Shown here one piece after another: positions 11,990 to 26,599 of a stretch of 53,435 nt of DNA. The position numbers were made by a program, and so were the translations under genes. The notes beneath the pieces are model-generated. The model worked only from the letters and a program-made list of their open reading frames with translations, was not told the origin of the DNA and did no database searches. Position 1 is the stretch's first letter; every line of letters starts with the position of its first letter. Source of the stretch: Lophium mytilinum (Eukaryota); assembly GCA_010093605.1 (NCBI GenBank), contig MU004183.1, forward strand, positions 2,666,001-2,719,435, given 5' to 3'.

Positions 11990-13749
11990 ATGCCCCATGC
12001 TAATGATGATATGCCTACGGATGCAGGCAAGCCTGTTCCAAGGAAGCTCGTCCTCTGTTTCGATGGCACTGGAAACGTATTTGAGGGGAACACCTCAGAT
12101 ACCAACATAGTCAAACTTTACGACAAGTTCGACAGAAAAGACCCCATGCAGTACCACTACTACCAAAGTAAGCAACATGCCAACCCTCAATGGTGCGAGC
12201 CTGACTGAATGTCCAACTGTACAGCCGGCATTGGCACCTACAACGTCGATGGGGGTCCTGTCAATAAGACTTTTATTGGCAACATCCAGTCAAACATCTC
12301 TAAAACTCTTGACGGCGGCTTTGCTACAACCTTCGATGCCCATGTTATCGCAGGCTATCGCTTCATCATGCGATACTACAAAGAGGGGGACAGAATCTAT
12401 ATATTCGGCTTCTCGAGGGGTGCTTTCACCGCCCGCTTCCTTGCCCGCATGATTTTCAGGGTCGGCCTGCTCTCTGAAGGCAATGAAGAGATGGTCCCTT
12501 TTGCATACGACCTGTACCAGCAGTATGAAAAGGGATTGATCAATGCGCCTGAGCAGGAACAGGACCCGAAGACTACTTCAAAGCCCTCTGGGCCGGCCAA
12601 TGGAGCGGCCGCGAGCACGGAAACGGAGCTCCTCATCCCCAAAGACCCTGATGAAATTGTGGAACCCGATGAGCAACAGCTCACCAAGAACAAGCTCAAT
12701 GCTTTCAAAACGACGTTCTGCAGGTGCGACAAGATTAACCCAACCGGTGGCGACAGTGCAGACAATTTGGGCGTCAAGGTTTACTTCCTGGGCATCTTCG
12801 ACTGCGTCAGTAGTGTCGCAGTCTTGGACAGTCCCTTTGGCAAGGCCCCCAAAGCAGTCTCCGTGGTCGGGACCGCCCATCACGTTCGCCATGCCGTCGC
12901 TGTTGACGAGCATCGCGTTAAGTTCAAAGCAGCTTTGCTCCAACAAGACAAAACCCACCCTACCACGAATGATGAAGACATCAAGGAGGTCTGGTTTCCC
13001 GGTAATCACGGCGATGTCGGTGGGGGATGGCCAGCTCCAAAACCTCCACAGACTGTCGAGATCAAGACCAAGAGGAGCTGGTGGGAGACAGTCCGCAGAG
13101 TGTTGGCCACCTGGAAGGACAATCAAGCCTCTGTAGCGAGCGAGGATCCCTATCAAATGAGCGACGTGCCTCTTGCTTGGATGATCCGTGAATTGGAGCT
13201 GATAGGAGCAAAGGACCCAAATTCCGCAATCAGATGGAGTAACAGGAAGGACGGGTTCAAACGGAACTTCTTCAAGAAGAGAGAACAAGCGTACGATAGC
13301 CCAATGCATGACACACTCCGGATCGGGCGTGGCTCCTCGCTATTCAAAGTCATGCTTTGGAACTTTATGGGTAAATGCACGCGCAAATCTCCGAGACGGC
13401 CTGTAGCTGACAAATCGAAACAGAATGGCTGCCTATTCGACGTTGGGAACTCCAGATGAAGACGACGTCGGAGACTCGGGGGTATGATTGGGCCTATATC
13501 ATGTGGCCGCCAAACAGAAGAGAGGCGCGAGACATTCCTGACGGCGCTCTTCTGCACGAGTCGCTCCTGCGAAGATTGACAACGAAATCGAACTACCTCC
13601 CGTCCAATAATCGCGGCGACAATTCGCCACCTTGTTTAGTACCCGGAAAGTTCCACCCCAAGCAAAAAGATGAAGGAGTAAGACCGACATCAGCTGCTGA
13701 CTTCACTGAACCTCCTGGCGTTCATACCATCTACACACTGAAAGAGTAA
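11990..13749 (+). CDS. DUF2235 / Tle1-like alpha/beta hydrolase (putative phospholipase); 3 exons
   Basis: [12 protein letters not shown]...[26 protein letters not shown] (GxSxG), [35 protein letters not shown]. Introns ~12168-12224 and 13371-13423 join ORFs 11807.., 12209.. and 13456..13749. Confidence 0.88.
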
Positions 13750-14660
13750 GGCTTGCTTCGTCGTGGGGAACAGGGAAACGGGTGGGCCAAGGTATTTTCA
13801 TGTCCGTGTATTCCACAAGAGTGTCTTTTGTGCTACGGAAGCTTTGCGTTGCCTTTGAATGTATGAGATGTGAGGTCGCGCGAGCTGGCATGTTAGGGAG
13901 GTTCCGGTTCCGCAACAGGGTTAGGGTGTGGCTTTATGCAGCGACGAGGCTGAAATTATTATTAGTGGGGAAGCAGACTGGGTTCTATTTTAGTTTCCGT
14001 GTTTAAAATACTTTATTGCATATATCTTTCTATATACGTGCTATATAAGTCGCCGATTCTACTAATAATTATAAATACTAATTATAGCTATAAAGGGTGC
14101 AGCCTAGTATATAATTAAGTTACTACTAAAATTTATAAGTTTACTTATATAGCTACTATATAGCTATAATAATTTTTCTAGCCTTTTAGTAACTATTAAA
14201 GATATTTCTCTAAATATATCTATTTTTCTAAAACTTATTATTTTATCTTACTATAGAAATATAGCTATTAAAAGGTATTAATTCTAGACTATTTTAATAT
14301 TTCTTACTTTATTTAGCTACTTAAGACTTAATTATACTTTAAGTAGTATTCTTTTATATATCTTTATAGGCTAATATTTATATAGTAATACTAGTATATT
14401 ATTACTATTAGCCTACTAATAATATATAGACTTATAAAGTTATTTTTATAGATATTTTATTATTATTTTCTAACTATATCTAATAAAATCTATCTTTATT
14501 ATAGCTAGTTTAAATATTAAAAGAATTTAACTATAAAAGAACTTTCTATAAAAGAATATTAAAGCTAATATATAGAATTAATTAAAAGGTAGGCCTATTT
14601 TAATTATTTTATTAGTTAATATACTAGTATATAGAGCCTATATTCTAATTACTATCTTTA

Positions 14661-14791
14661 TTATAAAAAGTAGTAGGTTAGAGTTATACTATAGAAGTAA
14701 GTTTAATATAGAGAAAATTAACCTTTAAAAATTATATATAGTATAACTTTATACTACTATATTTAACTACTATAATATAAAATAGAGTATA
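14661..14791 (+). mobile_element. Short left-end fragment of element X (copy 0)
   Basis: Matches the starts of 19841.. and 26564.. (agaagtaagtttaatatagagaaaattaacctttaa...aaatagagtat). The left flank 14590-14660 has uninterrupted paralogues at ~16331-16410 and, in part, ~16653-16705. Confidence 0.7.
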
Positions 14792-16356
14792 CTATAGTAA
14801 AATAGATTAGTATAGGTATATAAGTAGTATATAATAAATATCTAGGCCTCTTTTTAATTATAGAAAGTAAAGCTTTATTATCTATTATCTTTTCTTTTTA
14901 TAAAGTCTACTCTAGGTAGTATAATAGCTATAGCCTTATCTTTAATATAATATAATTAAGGTTATTCTTTTCTATACTTTCTCTTTCTTAGTAAATATAA
15001 TTTTTACTTTTATAACTATTCTACTTTCTACTACTATATAAATAGTAACTAGTATAGAACTTTAATAGTAATAGCCTTATTCTTAGAAAAAGTAACTAGC
15101 TAAGTTTCTTATTTTCTTCTATATTTCTAATAGAGATATCTATCTATTTCTTTTAGTATTAGTTATAAAGTAGTATTAGTAGCCTATTATTAGTTTAGTA
15201 TTACTAGTTAGCCTATAGCCTCTATAGTCTATTAATAGTTTTTCTATTTTATATTAGCTATTATATTCTATATTAGCTACCTTATATAGTTATAGCCTTA
15301 CTATCTAGATTTAATTCTACTAGAGAGACCTAGTAAATACTAGGCTATAGCTAGCTATTTACTTAAGAAGAGAATATAGATAAGTATAGTATTAATAGAC
15401 CGCCTAGTAAGATTAATACTTCTACTTACTATATAGAAAAGACCTTACTAGAGCTTATATAAAATACTCTAGGCTATTTTATAAAAAAAATTAACCTTTA
15501 TTAACTATTCTATAGTTAGCTAAGTAGACTAGCTCTAACTTATTTAAATTAATAATATATATACCTACCTCTTACTAAAGAACTTAATAGATAGACTTTA
15601 TCTTAAATAAAATATAGTTAAGAAGAAAAAGAACCTAGTCTAAAATAGAGGTAATAAGGTTCTTATTCTTAAGAAATAATAAGTAGAGTAGAGCGCTAAA
15701 ATTATTATACTAAAGAAGAAATAGAAGTTAAGGCTAATTCTAGTAAGTAATACTAGATTCTCTAAGAATATAAGATATAAGCTTAGTATAAGAAAGTTAC
15801 TTATAAAAATATAGAACTTTACTATAGATCTAATAGCTAAATATAATTAGGCTATTACTAAGTATAATACGCTTATTAATGCGTCTTCTAGTAAATAGAG
15901 CTAGCTACTTAAGACTAAGACTAATAAGTAAGAATTATAACTTTTAAATAAGTTAAAAAAAATACTCTAATAGAGCGCCTATATTAAGAAGCTAAAGTAT
16001 AAGATTAAAAAAGCTAAGAATAAAGCTAATTAATATAAAGATAAAACTAAACGCTAGATTACTAATACTACTATTTAGAAAGATAATTTCTTATCTACTA
16101 AATAAGTCTATAAGAACTATACTACTTTTATTAAAGCTTTCTAGGCTAAGAATAAGAGACTTAAGTATTAAGTAACTATTATTACGCCTATAATAGTAAC
16201 TATAACTCTATCTAATAAAACTATACTAGTTATAGCTATAGCTATAACTTTAAAGAAGCTAGATACTATTAATAGGCTATTTCTATTTACTAAAGTAATA
16301 CTAGGCTAATATATAAGATTAATTAGAATATAGGCCTATTTTAATTATTTTATTAG

Positions 16357-16948
16357 TAGGCGTACTAGTATATAGGGCCCGCGTTCTAATTACTATCTTT
16401 ATAGAATTAGAATATATATTCTCTAATAGAAGAAATAGATATAAATAATACTAAAGGTATAACCTATATTAGTATATTAAATATACTATCTATATATAAA
16501 AAGAATAATAAATAATAGTTATAATTAATAAGATAAGATATTAGTAAGAAAATATTAATAGAGTTATATTATATATAGAACTATTAGAGTTTTATACTAC
16601 TAATAACTATAACTACTAGAGAGACTTACGCATATAAATAATAAGAAGATACTAGGCGTACTAGTATATAGGGCCTGCGTTCTAATTACTATCTTTATAG
16701 AATTAAAATATATATTCTCTAATAGAAAAAATAGATATAAATAATTCTAAAGGTATAATCTATATTAGTGTATTAAATATACTATCTATATATAAAAAGA
16801 ATAATAGATAATAGTTATAATTAATAAAATAAGATATTAGTAAGAAAATATTAATAGAGTTATATTATATATAGAACTATTAGAGTTTTATACTACTAAT
16901 AACTATAACTACTAGAGAGATACACGCGTATAAATAATAAAAAGATAC
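16357..16948. repeat. Tandem duplication, 2 x 296 bp
   Basis: Units taggcgtactagtatatagggcc...aagatac start at 16357 and 16653; differences are mostly transitions. Confidence 0.9.
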
Positions 16949-18249
16949 TTTATATTTAGCGCATTTTATATTATTATAAAATAGTAGAGTATAAAGTAAT
17001 TATATATAAACTAAAGCTAATATTAAGTATATTACTTAATAGAGTTAGCAGCCTAAATATCTTATATGCGCACCTATTAGTCTATAGCGCACTAAAATAT
17101 ATAAACCTTAAAATCTAGTAGCCGCCTCTACTATTTATAAATATAATATCTATATAAATATAGAGTAGAATTATTATAGTTAATATATATATTAAAATAA
17201 CTATATTATATATATATTTATAAGCTATAAAAGAATTAGAAATATATATTTTAAATTAGCGCGCGTCTAGTAAATATTATAATATTAGTTTATTAGAAAT
17301 TATAGAAAAACTATAGTAGTATAAAAGAGATATAATATATTATAGTTCTTAATTAGTAGGTTAGCTCTAGCTACCTTAGATAGAAAGATAGAAGTAATAA
17401 TAGAATTTACTATATATTCTATAGTTATAGTAAATAGATAGTTAAATAATAAAATATTACTTAAGAAGCTCTAAAGATTCTTAAAAGTAGTTATAGAATA
17501 AGTTTCTACTAAGCTAACTAGTATAGAGATAGAGCTTTAGAGTAATAATATAGAACTTTCTATATTATAAACCCCCTATATAAGATATAAATATCTATAC
17601 TAAATAGCTAGTATTTAAAACTTAAATTTAATACTACTTTTATATATAGCTTTTACTAGTAATATATAACTCTATATATACTATAGTACTCTTTATTTCC
17701 CTTATTCTTTTTCTCTATAGAGTTTTAGGGTTATTTTAATAAGGCTATATAGGTTTAGAGTTAAACTCTCTAATAGAGGGGGGGTAGTATAAGATAACTA
17801 AAGTATTTATAGTAAATAGATAGCTTATAGTAAGGCTATATAGCTTAATAGTAAGACTATATATATTCTTTCTATATAGCGCCTTATAAGCTATAAGCCT
17901 ATAAGGCCTCTATAAGTAATATATTTACTTTAGGCCTAGATATATCTAGGCCCTCTATATATATTATAATTCTATAAGGATTTATCTCTTAATATATAAA
18001 TATTATTAATTCTATCTATAAGCCCCCTACTATATACTTTTCTCTTATAAATAGAAGTAGGTATAGTAAACTTTACTATCTCTAACCTTTATATATTAAT
18101 ATAGTAATCTCTTTAGTACTAGTAGAGTTAAGTTTAACTTATATAGAGGTAAATATATTACTTAAAATTTAGCTTTATAACTCTTTTTAAGGTAAAACTA
18201 AGTCTTTTTCTAGTTATTAGTTATAAAGGTAAGTAGAGGAGATTAAAAG

Positions 18250-18381
18250 TAAATAATAGAGTTAGTAAAGCTATATAAAATAATAGGGATTATTAAATAA
18301 TAGAGTTAGTAAAGCTATATAAAATAATAGAGAGTACTAAATAATAGAGTTAGTAAAGCTATATAAAGTAATAGAAATTAC
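18250..18381. repeat. Minisatellite, 3 x 44 bp
   Basis: taaataatagagttagtaaagctatataaa... starts at 18250, 18294 and 18338. Confidence 0.85.
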
Positions 18382-19840
18382 TAAAAAAAGAGAATAAAGT
18401 TAAAGCTATAGATAGTGTATGCGTAGTTAGTAAAAGCTTATAGAGTTTAGTTATAGGGTAGATTAGTACTAATACTAAGAATTATTTTAGCTTATAAACT
18501 AGACTACTCTTAACTTCTATATTCTACTATAGTATAGTTACTATATTATTACTCTTAGTAGATATATTATTATCTTTAGCCTTAATAATTTTAGCTAGTA
18601 GCTTATTTAATTAGTATATTCTATATCTAGATAACTAGCTATATAGAGAGATATAGTATTTTAATTATATTAGCCCTCTATAGTATCTATTTAATAAGTA
18701 TATAAACTTTTTAGACTAGAAAGTATAGATAGTAACTAACTAGCTTATATTACCTTTATTTATCTTACTTAGCAGCTTCTAGATATTAGGTTAGTTTTCT
18801 ATTCTTACCGCGCCCCTTTATTAGCTATACTAAACTCTATAGCTAGAAGAAAGATTACTAGATAGGGAAGCTTACTACTATAATATAGAGAGAATTATTA
18901 AAACTAGAGTTATAAAGTATAATAAGCTATATATAAAAATACTTTACTACTACTATATCTTTATTATAGCCTATACTACCCTATATAAGGTAATATACTA
19001 GCAGGTAAATTCTAGTAATAAAAAAAGAAATAGATAGTTAGATAAATACCTCTAGCTAATTACTACCTAGGTAGTACTTCTAGTTAGATATATAGTATTC
19101 TCTTATATATAGAATAACTAGGGCATATTAGTTCTAGATAATAAAACTACTACTAGACTTAGTATCTTAACCCCGCTAGAACTTAGAAAGAGGGCGTATC
19201 TACTAGTAGGCTCTATAATCTAGTATATAAAGTATAATATAACCTAGTTATAGAGATAGTACTAGATATATAAGTAGTAGTACTATAAATCTAAATATAG
19301 ATATAAAGTAATTATCCTCTTCTACTATTATATATTTAGGTAATTATATATTTAAGTATATATAGTACTATATATATTAAGTTATTCTATATATAGAGCT
19401 AAGGTTCTTAAAATTCTAGTACTCTAGAAGATTAAAAATTAAAAGAAGAAGCGTATAATTAGAAATTAGCTTAAGTCTAGTAGAGATTTACTAGAGAAGA
19501 AAAGCCTAGAAAGAGCTACCCTACTACTACTTTAGAGGTAGTAAGTAGAGATTTATCTAAAGAAAGCTAATTATTATTATAAAGAGCTTATTAGCTTTAC
19601 CTAGTACTATCTAGAGAACTCTAAAGATATATCTACCTTTTTCTATATAATAGTAATAATATACTAGTTATACTTAATTTAGTTTAATATTATAGAATAT
19701 ATAGCCCTTAACTATAATTTATATAGTAAGTAGCTAGAATTTAAATACTTAAGATATAGTATTAGGGCCCTATATCTATATTAATATAAGCAGGGCATAC
19801 TATAAATATATAGAGGGTAGCTACTATAAAGTTTACTAGA

Positions 19841-21608
19841 TTATAGAGGCTAGAGGGTTAAAGTTATATAGGGAGAAGTAAGTTTAATATAGAGAAAATT
19901 AACCTTTAAGAATTATATATAGTATAACCTTATACCACCGCATTTAACTACTATAATATAAAATAGAGTATATATATAAAGAAGAATACTTAAAATATAA
20001 TATAATAGCGTTCTATTAACTTTAATTTAATTTATAAGCTATAGTAATAGCTTAAGATAGATATAGAGAGGCTGCAGGGTATATAGGCATAGAATAGAAA
20101 TTACTTAAAGGGTTTAGCGTAAGAATAGCCTTACGCTTAAAAATTAGTATAACTACTACTATATACAACTACTATAATATAGTATAGAAGAAATATATAA
20201 AGAATTATATATAATATATAATATAATAGTAATCTATTAACCTAGAATTAATATATAGGCTATAGTAGTAGTAGTAGTTATATATAGAGGTAAGATTCTA
20301 AATAATAGAAGTTACTTAAAGAGTTTAGTATAATACTAGCCTTATACTTAATAAAGACCTTAACTAGCGCTGCATAGAACTACTATAATATAAAATTAAA
20401 GATATTTATAAGAAAAACTACTTATTATATAATATAATAGTATTCTAGCAATTTAGAAATATTTTATAGGCTATAGTTATAGCTCTAGGTAGATATAGAA
20501 AGTAAGAGAAAAGGGCGGCTAGTAGTATAAAGTATAGCCCTATAATTAAGTAGCCTTCTACTACTATATATAATAACTTCTAGATATTAAAATACTATAA
20601 TAGAGCTATAATACTATATATAGTATATATAATTAAATTTAAAGTATTATAGAAAAGGTAAAGTTCTAGTAGTAGGTGCCTATAGAGGGTAATAGATATA
20701 ATAGAAAGAGTTTTATATTATAATAGCCTTATCTTAGTATAGGTTACTACTAGATAGTATTCTTATATAATAGAAATTTTAGCCGCATTAAATAAAATAT
20801 ATAAAGTAAAGAGTAGAATATAGTTTATATAATATTTATAGATAAAGTAATTAATAGGGCTACTATAGAAAGCCTTTCTACTAGGGCTCTTCCCTAGTAA
20901 CCTTAACTAAGTAGCTGTATCTATAAGGGGTGTTAAAATAGATTAGATAGAGTAAGCCCTATAATAAAAATATTAATAAATTCTTATTTTTAACTAATTA
21001 TACTCTCTAACTACTTTCTACTTCTTAGCTTTATATTCTAAACTATTATCCCTTTTACTACTATATCTAGTAGTTAGTATAGAACGCCCCTAAAAGTACT
21101 AGAATAAAGAAAAGTAAAAAGTAGCTAAATTATATTTAATAGTAGATTTAAACTAATATAAAAGAAATAAAAAGAAGAGGGCTATAGACTAAATAGCTAT
21201 AGTAGAAGAGGCTAGTAAGCCTACTTCTACTTCTACTCTAGATCTATTTCTAATTATCTTTAAAAACCCTAGAGGTCTTTCTAGTATAAATATTAGGGCC
21301 CCTTATTCTACCCGCCCTACGCCTATACCCTTTTAATAACTAATTATACCTTAGAAGCCTTTAGAGGAAACTATTATATAACTTATAATTAGTATATTTT
21401 TTATAATTTTCTAGTATTTATAGTTAGGTTCTAATAAACTTAAGTAGAACCTATCTTAATAGAAGAATTATTACCTTCTACCTCTACTTAATCTATATAA
21501 TATACTTCTCTATAGTAGTCTACTTATAGTAGTACCTATTCTACTATTTCTTCTTTATCTATCTAATCTATATAATCTATATAATATACTTCTTTATAGT
21601 AGTCTATC
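19841..21608 (+). mobile_element. Element X, copy 1 (left ~1.77 kb only; heavily RIP-mutated)
   Basis: Colinear with 26564-28331 at an offset of 6723 at every point checked; ends where a gypsy LTR begins. Confidence 0.9.
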
Positions 21609-24600
21609 TATTATAGCTATAATATAACTCTTATTATAATATATTTCTATTATAAATAATAGTATTATATAGCTTCTATTATATACTACTATTATATAAC
21701 CTTACTTAGCGCTAGCCTTATCTACCTCTTAGCCGGCGCTCCGCGCCCTACTCTCTCTTCTTATAGCTACTTTATTATATACTTAATACTATCTAGTTTT
21801 CTATTATAATTCTATATTATACTATAATATAAAGTAGCTACTCTTCTAGCTTCTAGAAGATATTAAAAGTACTCTTTTTACCTATTTATTTATCTATATC
21901 TATCTACCTATATATATACCGGCACCCCTATAGCTACTAAATTTAATTTCTATAACCTTTATTAATAAGAAACTAAAATAGAAGAAGGCCCTATAATCTT
22001 ATAGTAAAGATACTATACCTTATTATCTATATAAACTAACGCGTAGGCCCTATAAACCTACTTACTATAGTACTTCTACCCGCGCGTGCATAAACTAACT
22101 AAACTAAGCGTAGTTATTTACTAATTAATTTAGCCGCTAAGAATAGTGCTAGGCGCCTAGCTACTATATCTACTTACTAGCTTTTATAGAGGCCCTATAA
22201 TCTTTCTTTCTATACTAATCTTTTTCTTTATCTATCTACCTAGACTATTATCTATCTACTAAAATACCCTCTTCTATTAACTAACTAGTAATAGTTAACT
22301 AGTATAACTCTCTAATACTAGTTTCTTTTTATTTAAGACTCTATAAGTAGAATTAACCGCCTATAATACTAAGTTGCGGTAAATATACTATAGTATATTT
22401 AAAAGCTTTCTCTATCGGTGTATATACTAATAAAAGTAGTAATACTAACCTATACTCTACCCTTAATAGCTAAGCTACCTAGTTAATACTAGCCTCTAAC
22501 TCTTAGTAAGTATAATAAGAGACCTAATATACTAAAGCCTTATATAAAAAGGTAGGTAAATTATCTTAATATAGTATTAGTTCTACTCTAGAGTAGCTAG
22601 CCGCTTATAGTAAACTCTATATACTAAAGGCCGGTACTATTAAACTAGGCGCAGCTATAGTTTATAGTTAATAACTAACTACTATTCTTTAGCGCAGTAG
22701 GCGCTCTCTTAATCTAGAGAATAAAGAGTTCTATATTACCTCTAATAAGAAAGATAATAAGTAGCTAGACTAGGAGCTAGATAAGCTTAATAAGAAAGAT
22801 AATAATACTTAATTCTAGTTAGCTATAGACCTTAGAAAAGTAGTTTACTTTACTTAAGGTAACCTTCTTAATATATAGAATAATAATATTTCTATAAGCC
22901 TAGTTCTTCTATTTACTTAGAAAGCCTAGCGTACTAAGAAGTATATAGATAACCTACCTCTATTAGTATAGAGTCCCTCTACTACAGCTATACTATTATA
23001 GCCTAACCTAGAGTTACCTATACTAGGCCTAGTATACTATAACTCTACCCGCTATAAGTTATACTTTACTATAATAGCTAAAGGAATTATATTCTATATT
23101 AACTATAATAGAGTTGCTAATACTATTAATATTAACCTTAACTCTACTAAAGTATTCTATAATATAGTTTCTAAGTACTATAAAGATATATACTATAGAG
23201 TTACTATATTCTAGTAGAACCTAGAATCTTATTAAGAGAATTACTAAGCCTAAGATATAGAGCTAACTACTCTTTATAACTAAGCTTAAGACTCTAATAA
23301 AATTTTATATCTATAAGCTAAAGTTACTTAACTAACTAAAGATATTACACGTCTTTAATTAGAAAATAAGAAGGTATATACTAAGTATACTTAATAGTTT
23401 ATAACTAAATATAAAGCCTATAAAGCTAAAACTCTTCTTCTTACTAAAGTATACTTAGTAAATAAAGCCCTCTAATAAAATATTACTATAGCGTAATAGA
23501 ATTTAGACTATCTATAAACCTAGCGTAATTACTTTAAAGAGCTTAGCCCTATCTATAAGTAGTAGTATACTAATCTAAAAGTAAACTAGATAGTAGTATT
23601 AGCGCCCGCCTAATTATATTACGCTGCCGCCGCCGCTGCAGGCAACCTTAACTATAACTTAAAAGATAATAATAATAATACTAATTATAATAACTTTACT
23701 ATTATAGATAATAATACTATAACTTAGCTTATACGCCTGTAGCTCTATAGAGACTATAAGCCTAAGTTCTATAACCTCTAGAAATTTACTAGTAAGAGTA
23801 ATAAATACTAATACCTATCTTAGAAGAGCTACGCCTATACTATCTTCTAATATAAAAGCCTAGCCTACCTAGATAAGTAGAGTAAGATAGAATATATTAA
23901 ATTATACTATATTAATTATATAGAAGCTACTATCTATAGCTATACCTAGTTTAAGAAGCCCTTACTAAATAAGAACTTTAAGACTCTTAATAAAATATTT
24001 ACCTATATAGACCTATATTTTACTATCTTTAATAAGTCTACCTATATTAATAATATTCTCTATAGTAATAAAATAAAGATAAAGGGCTATAAGTTATAGA
24101 ATATATATATACTATATTTTAAAGAGATAACTAATATTAATAATAAGAACTAGATTTCTTTCGCCTTTAAGAAAGAATAGCTTAAGCGCCTGCTACGCCT
24201 AGATCTTAGCTACTAAGTATTTAGCAGTACTAATAGCTACTAAGATTAGCCTACGCTTATCGCTATAGTATTCCGCGCTAAAGCCTTTCTTTAGAATAAT
24301 GCTTAGCGTAATATAACTACCTAGCTCTCTTAATTATCTAGATTCTAAAATAGCTATAGTAATAACTACTTAAGTAATTACTAACTAAATAACTACTAGA
24401 ACTAAGACCGCCGCCCTAAGTAGAGCTATAAATAATAGTTATCTATTTATAATAATAAGAAGAACTAAGGTAACTGCCCTATTTACCTTCCTCTAGTAGT
24501 TATAGTAGTACTACGCACTAAAGGCTATTATTTCTACTATATTAAGAAGAGCTATTAAGCTAATAACTCTAAGCGCCTATATGCTAATAAACCCCCTCTA

Positions 24601-26563
24601 TTAAAGTGTAAGCTAACTAAATATCTATCTAAAGCTAATAATAGCCTTAAACTTAAGCTTTCTATAATTTATTATATAGATAAAGATAGTAATAATTTAA
24701 TTTCTATTAATAGTAATAGAGAGAACCTTACTATTATTACTTATGCTAATAAAACTTTATTATCTAGTATTCTTAGTAATAGTAATAGGGATAATAATAG
24801 TAATAGTAATAGAAAGAATTTTATATAGGCTCTAACTATAGTTATAGATAGAGCTATATAGAATTCTTTCTAAGTACTATTATAGTCTATATCTAGAAGC
24901 TAGAATAGCTACCCCTAGAGCTAGATAAGATCTAGCTATTAGCTTATTCTACTAACTTAATCTAAGAAGTTACTTATAGTAAATAGTTAAATTTTAAATA
25001 TAGAATTTAGATACCTACTAGTATAACTAATAGCTACTACCTTACTAATATAGGCTACTTCTACTTTACCTTTATCTTATATTTATATGCTAAAGCTAAT
25101 AAGCTTATAATACTACTACTAGCTACCTCTATTCTACTATACTTAGCTAATAGTATACCTATAAAGCTTATAACTTATAAGGCCTAGTTTATATTATTCT
25201 TAGAAGCCTATATAGAGAATATATAGTACTATATTATTAATTTTAAGAGCTATAATATTATATTAGGCATACTATAGTTTAAAAAGTATAAGCCTAATAT
25301 TATATAGGGTAAATACGCCCTTAATTTTAATAAAGACTTCTATTATAATTACTATCTTTATATAGATAGATATAGATATATATAGAGTAATAGTAAAGAC
25401 TATAATATTATTTAAGTAGATAAGCTTATATATAATAACGCCCTATAAAATATTTTTAATAAATATTAAAAACTAGGCTTAGAGCTAGATAAAGCTAAGA
25501 ATATAATAGCGGCCTACTAGAAGCTTTAGTATAATAGTAAAGAGAACTATATTATTTAACTATAAGATAATAATTAGAAAAAGCTATAATAAATAGAAGA
25601 TTATAAGCGCTATTAGCTTTAGCCTATAACTTATTCTCTATAGAGCTCTACTCTAGAAGTAGATCTAGTATTATATAGCCTTACTAAACTTAATAATATT
25701 CTTAATAATGCGTAAATAGCTGCTTTTACTACTAATATATTTACTATTAATCTATCTAATTATTATAAATTCTTTAAAAAGATAAACCGCCCCCCTATTA
25801 CTAACTAGAAAATTAAAGCTTTACTTTCTAACTAGCTATATTATATAGCTAAAGCGTAGAACCCCTAAGAAGTAAATAAACTACTGCCTTATAGGCTAAT
25901 AGATTATATAACTAATATTCTCTCTAGCTCTAAACTATCTACTTATAAGGTATATAGCCTTTTAAGAGACTAGGCTACTATTATTAAAGCCTTTATTAAT
26001 AAGATGCATACTAAAGAATTTATCTATTCTAGCTTATTATTATATACTATACCTATACTAGTTATTAAGAAACTAGAAGAAGAACTTTAAGTCTATATTA
26101 ATTATTAAGGCCTTAATAAAATTAGTATTAAAAGTTATAATATACTACTACTTATTAAAGATAATCTCGCCTTATTAGCTAAAGCTAGGTACTATACTAA
26201 GCTTAATATAATTAGCGCATTTAATGCACTATAAATTAAGAAAGGTAATAAATATAAGATAGTCTTTTTTACTTATTAGAAGTTATTTAAGTTTATAGTA
26301 CTTCTATTTAGATTATATAATATATCTAGTTTCTTCTAGGCCTATATTAATAATACCTTATAGAAATACCTTAATAACTTCTATACTATATATATAGATA
26401 ACGTTCTAATATATAGTAATATATTAGAAGAATATAAAGCGTATATTCTTATAATTATTACTAAGCTTTATAACGCTAGACTATTTCTTAATATCTATAA
26501 ATATAAATTTACTATTAATAAGGTTAAATATCTTAGTATACTTATTAGTATTAACGGTGTTTA
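21609..26563 (+). mobile_element. Ty3/gypsy LTR retrotransposon A, RIP-inactivated, cut off within RT
   Basis: Putative 5' LTR ~21609-21829 (TATTATAGC...TATAATA, RIP form of TG...CA). Gag Zn knuckle relic ~24525 (CFxCxKKGH), protease relic ~25040 (ALTDTG), RT relic 25860-26563 with tatatagataacgttcta = Y(M)DDVL at 26391 and VKYLG..I..DGV at the cut. No RNase H, integrase or 3' LTR follows. Confidence 0.85.
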
Positions 26564-26599
26564 TTATAGGGGCTAGAGGGTTAGAGTTAGGTAGGGAGA

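Noticed and set aside
795..13690. Many antisense or alternative-frame ORFs overlapping the five genes
   Set aside because: Shadows of the real coding sequences, with no independent motifs.
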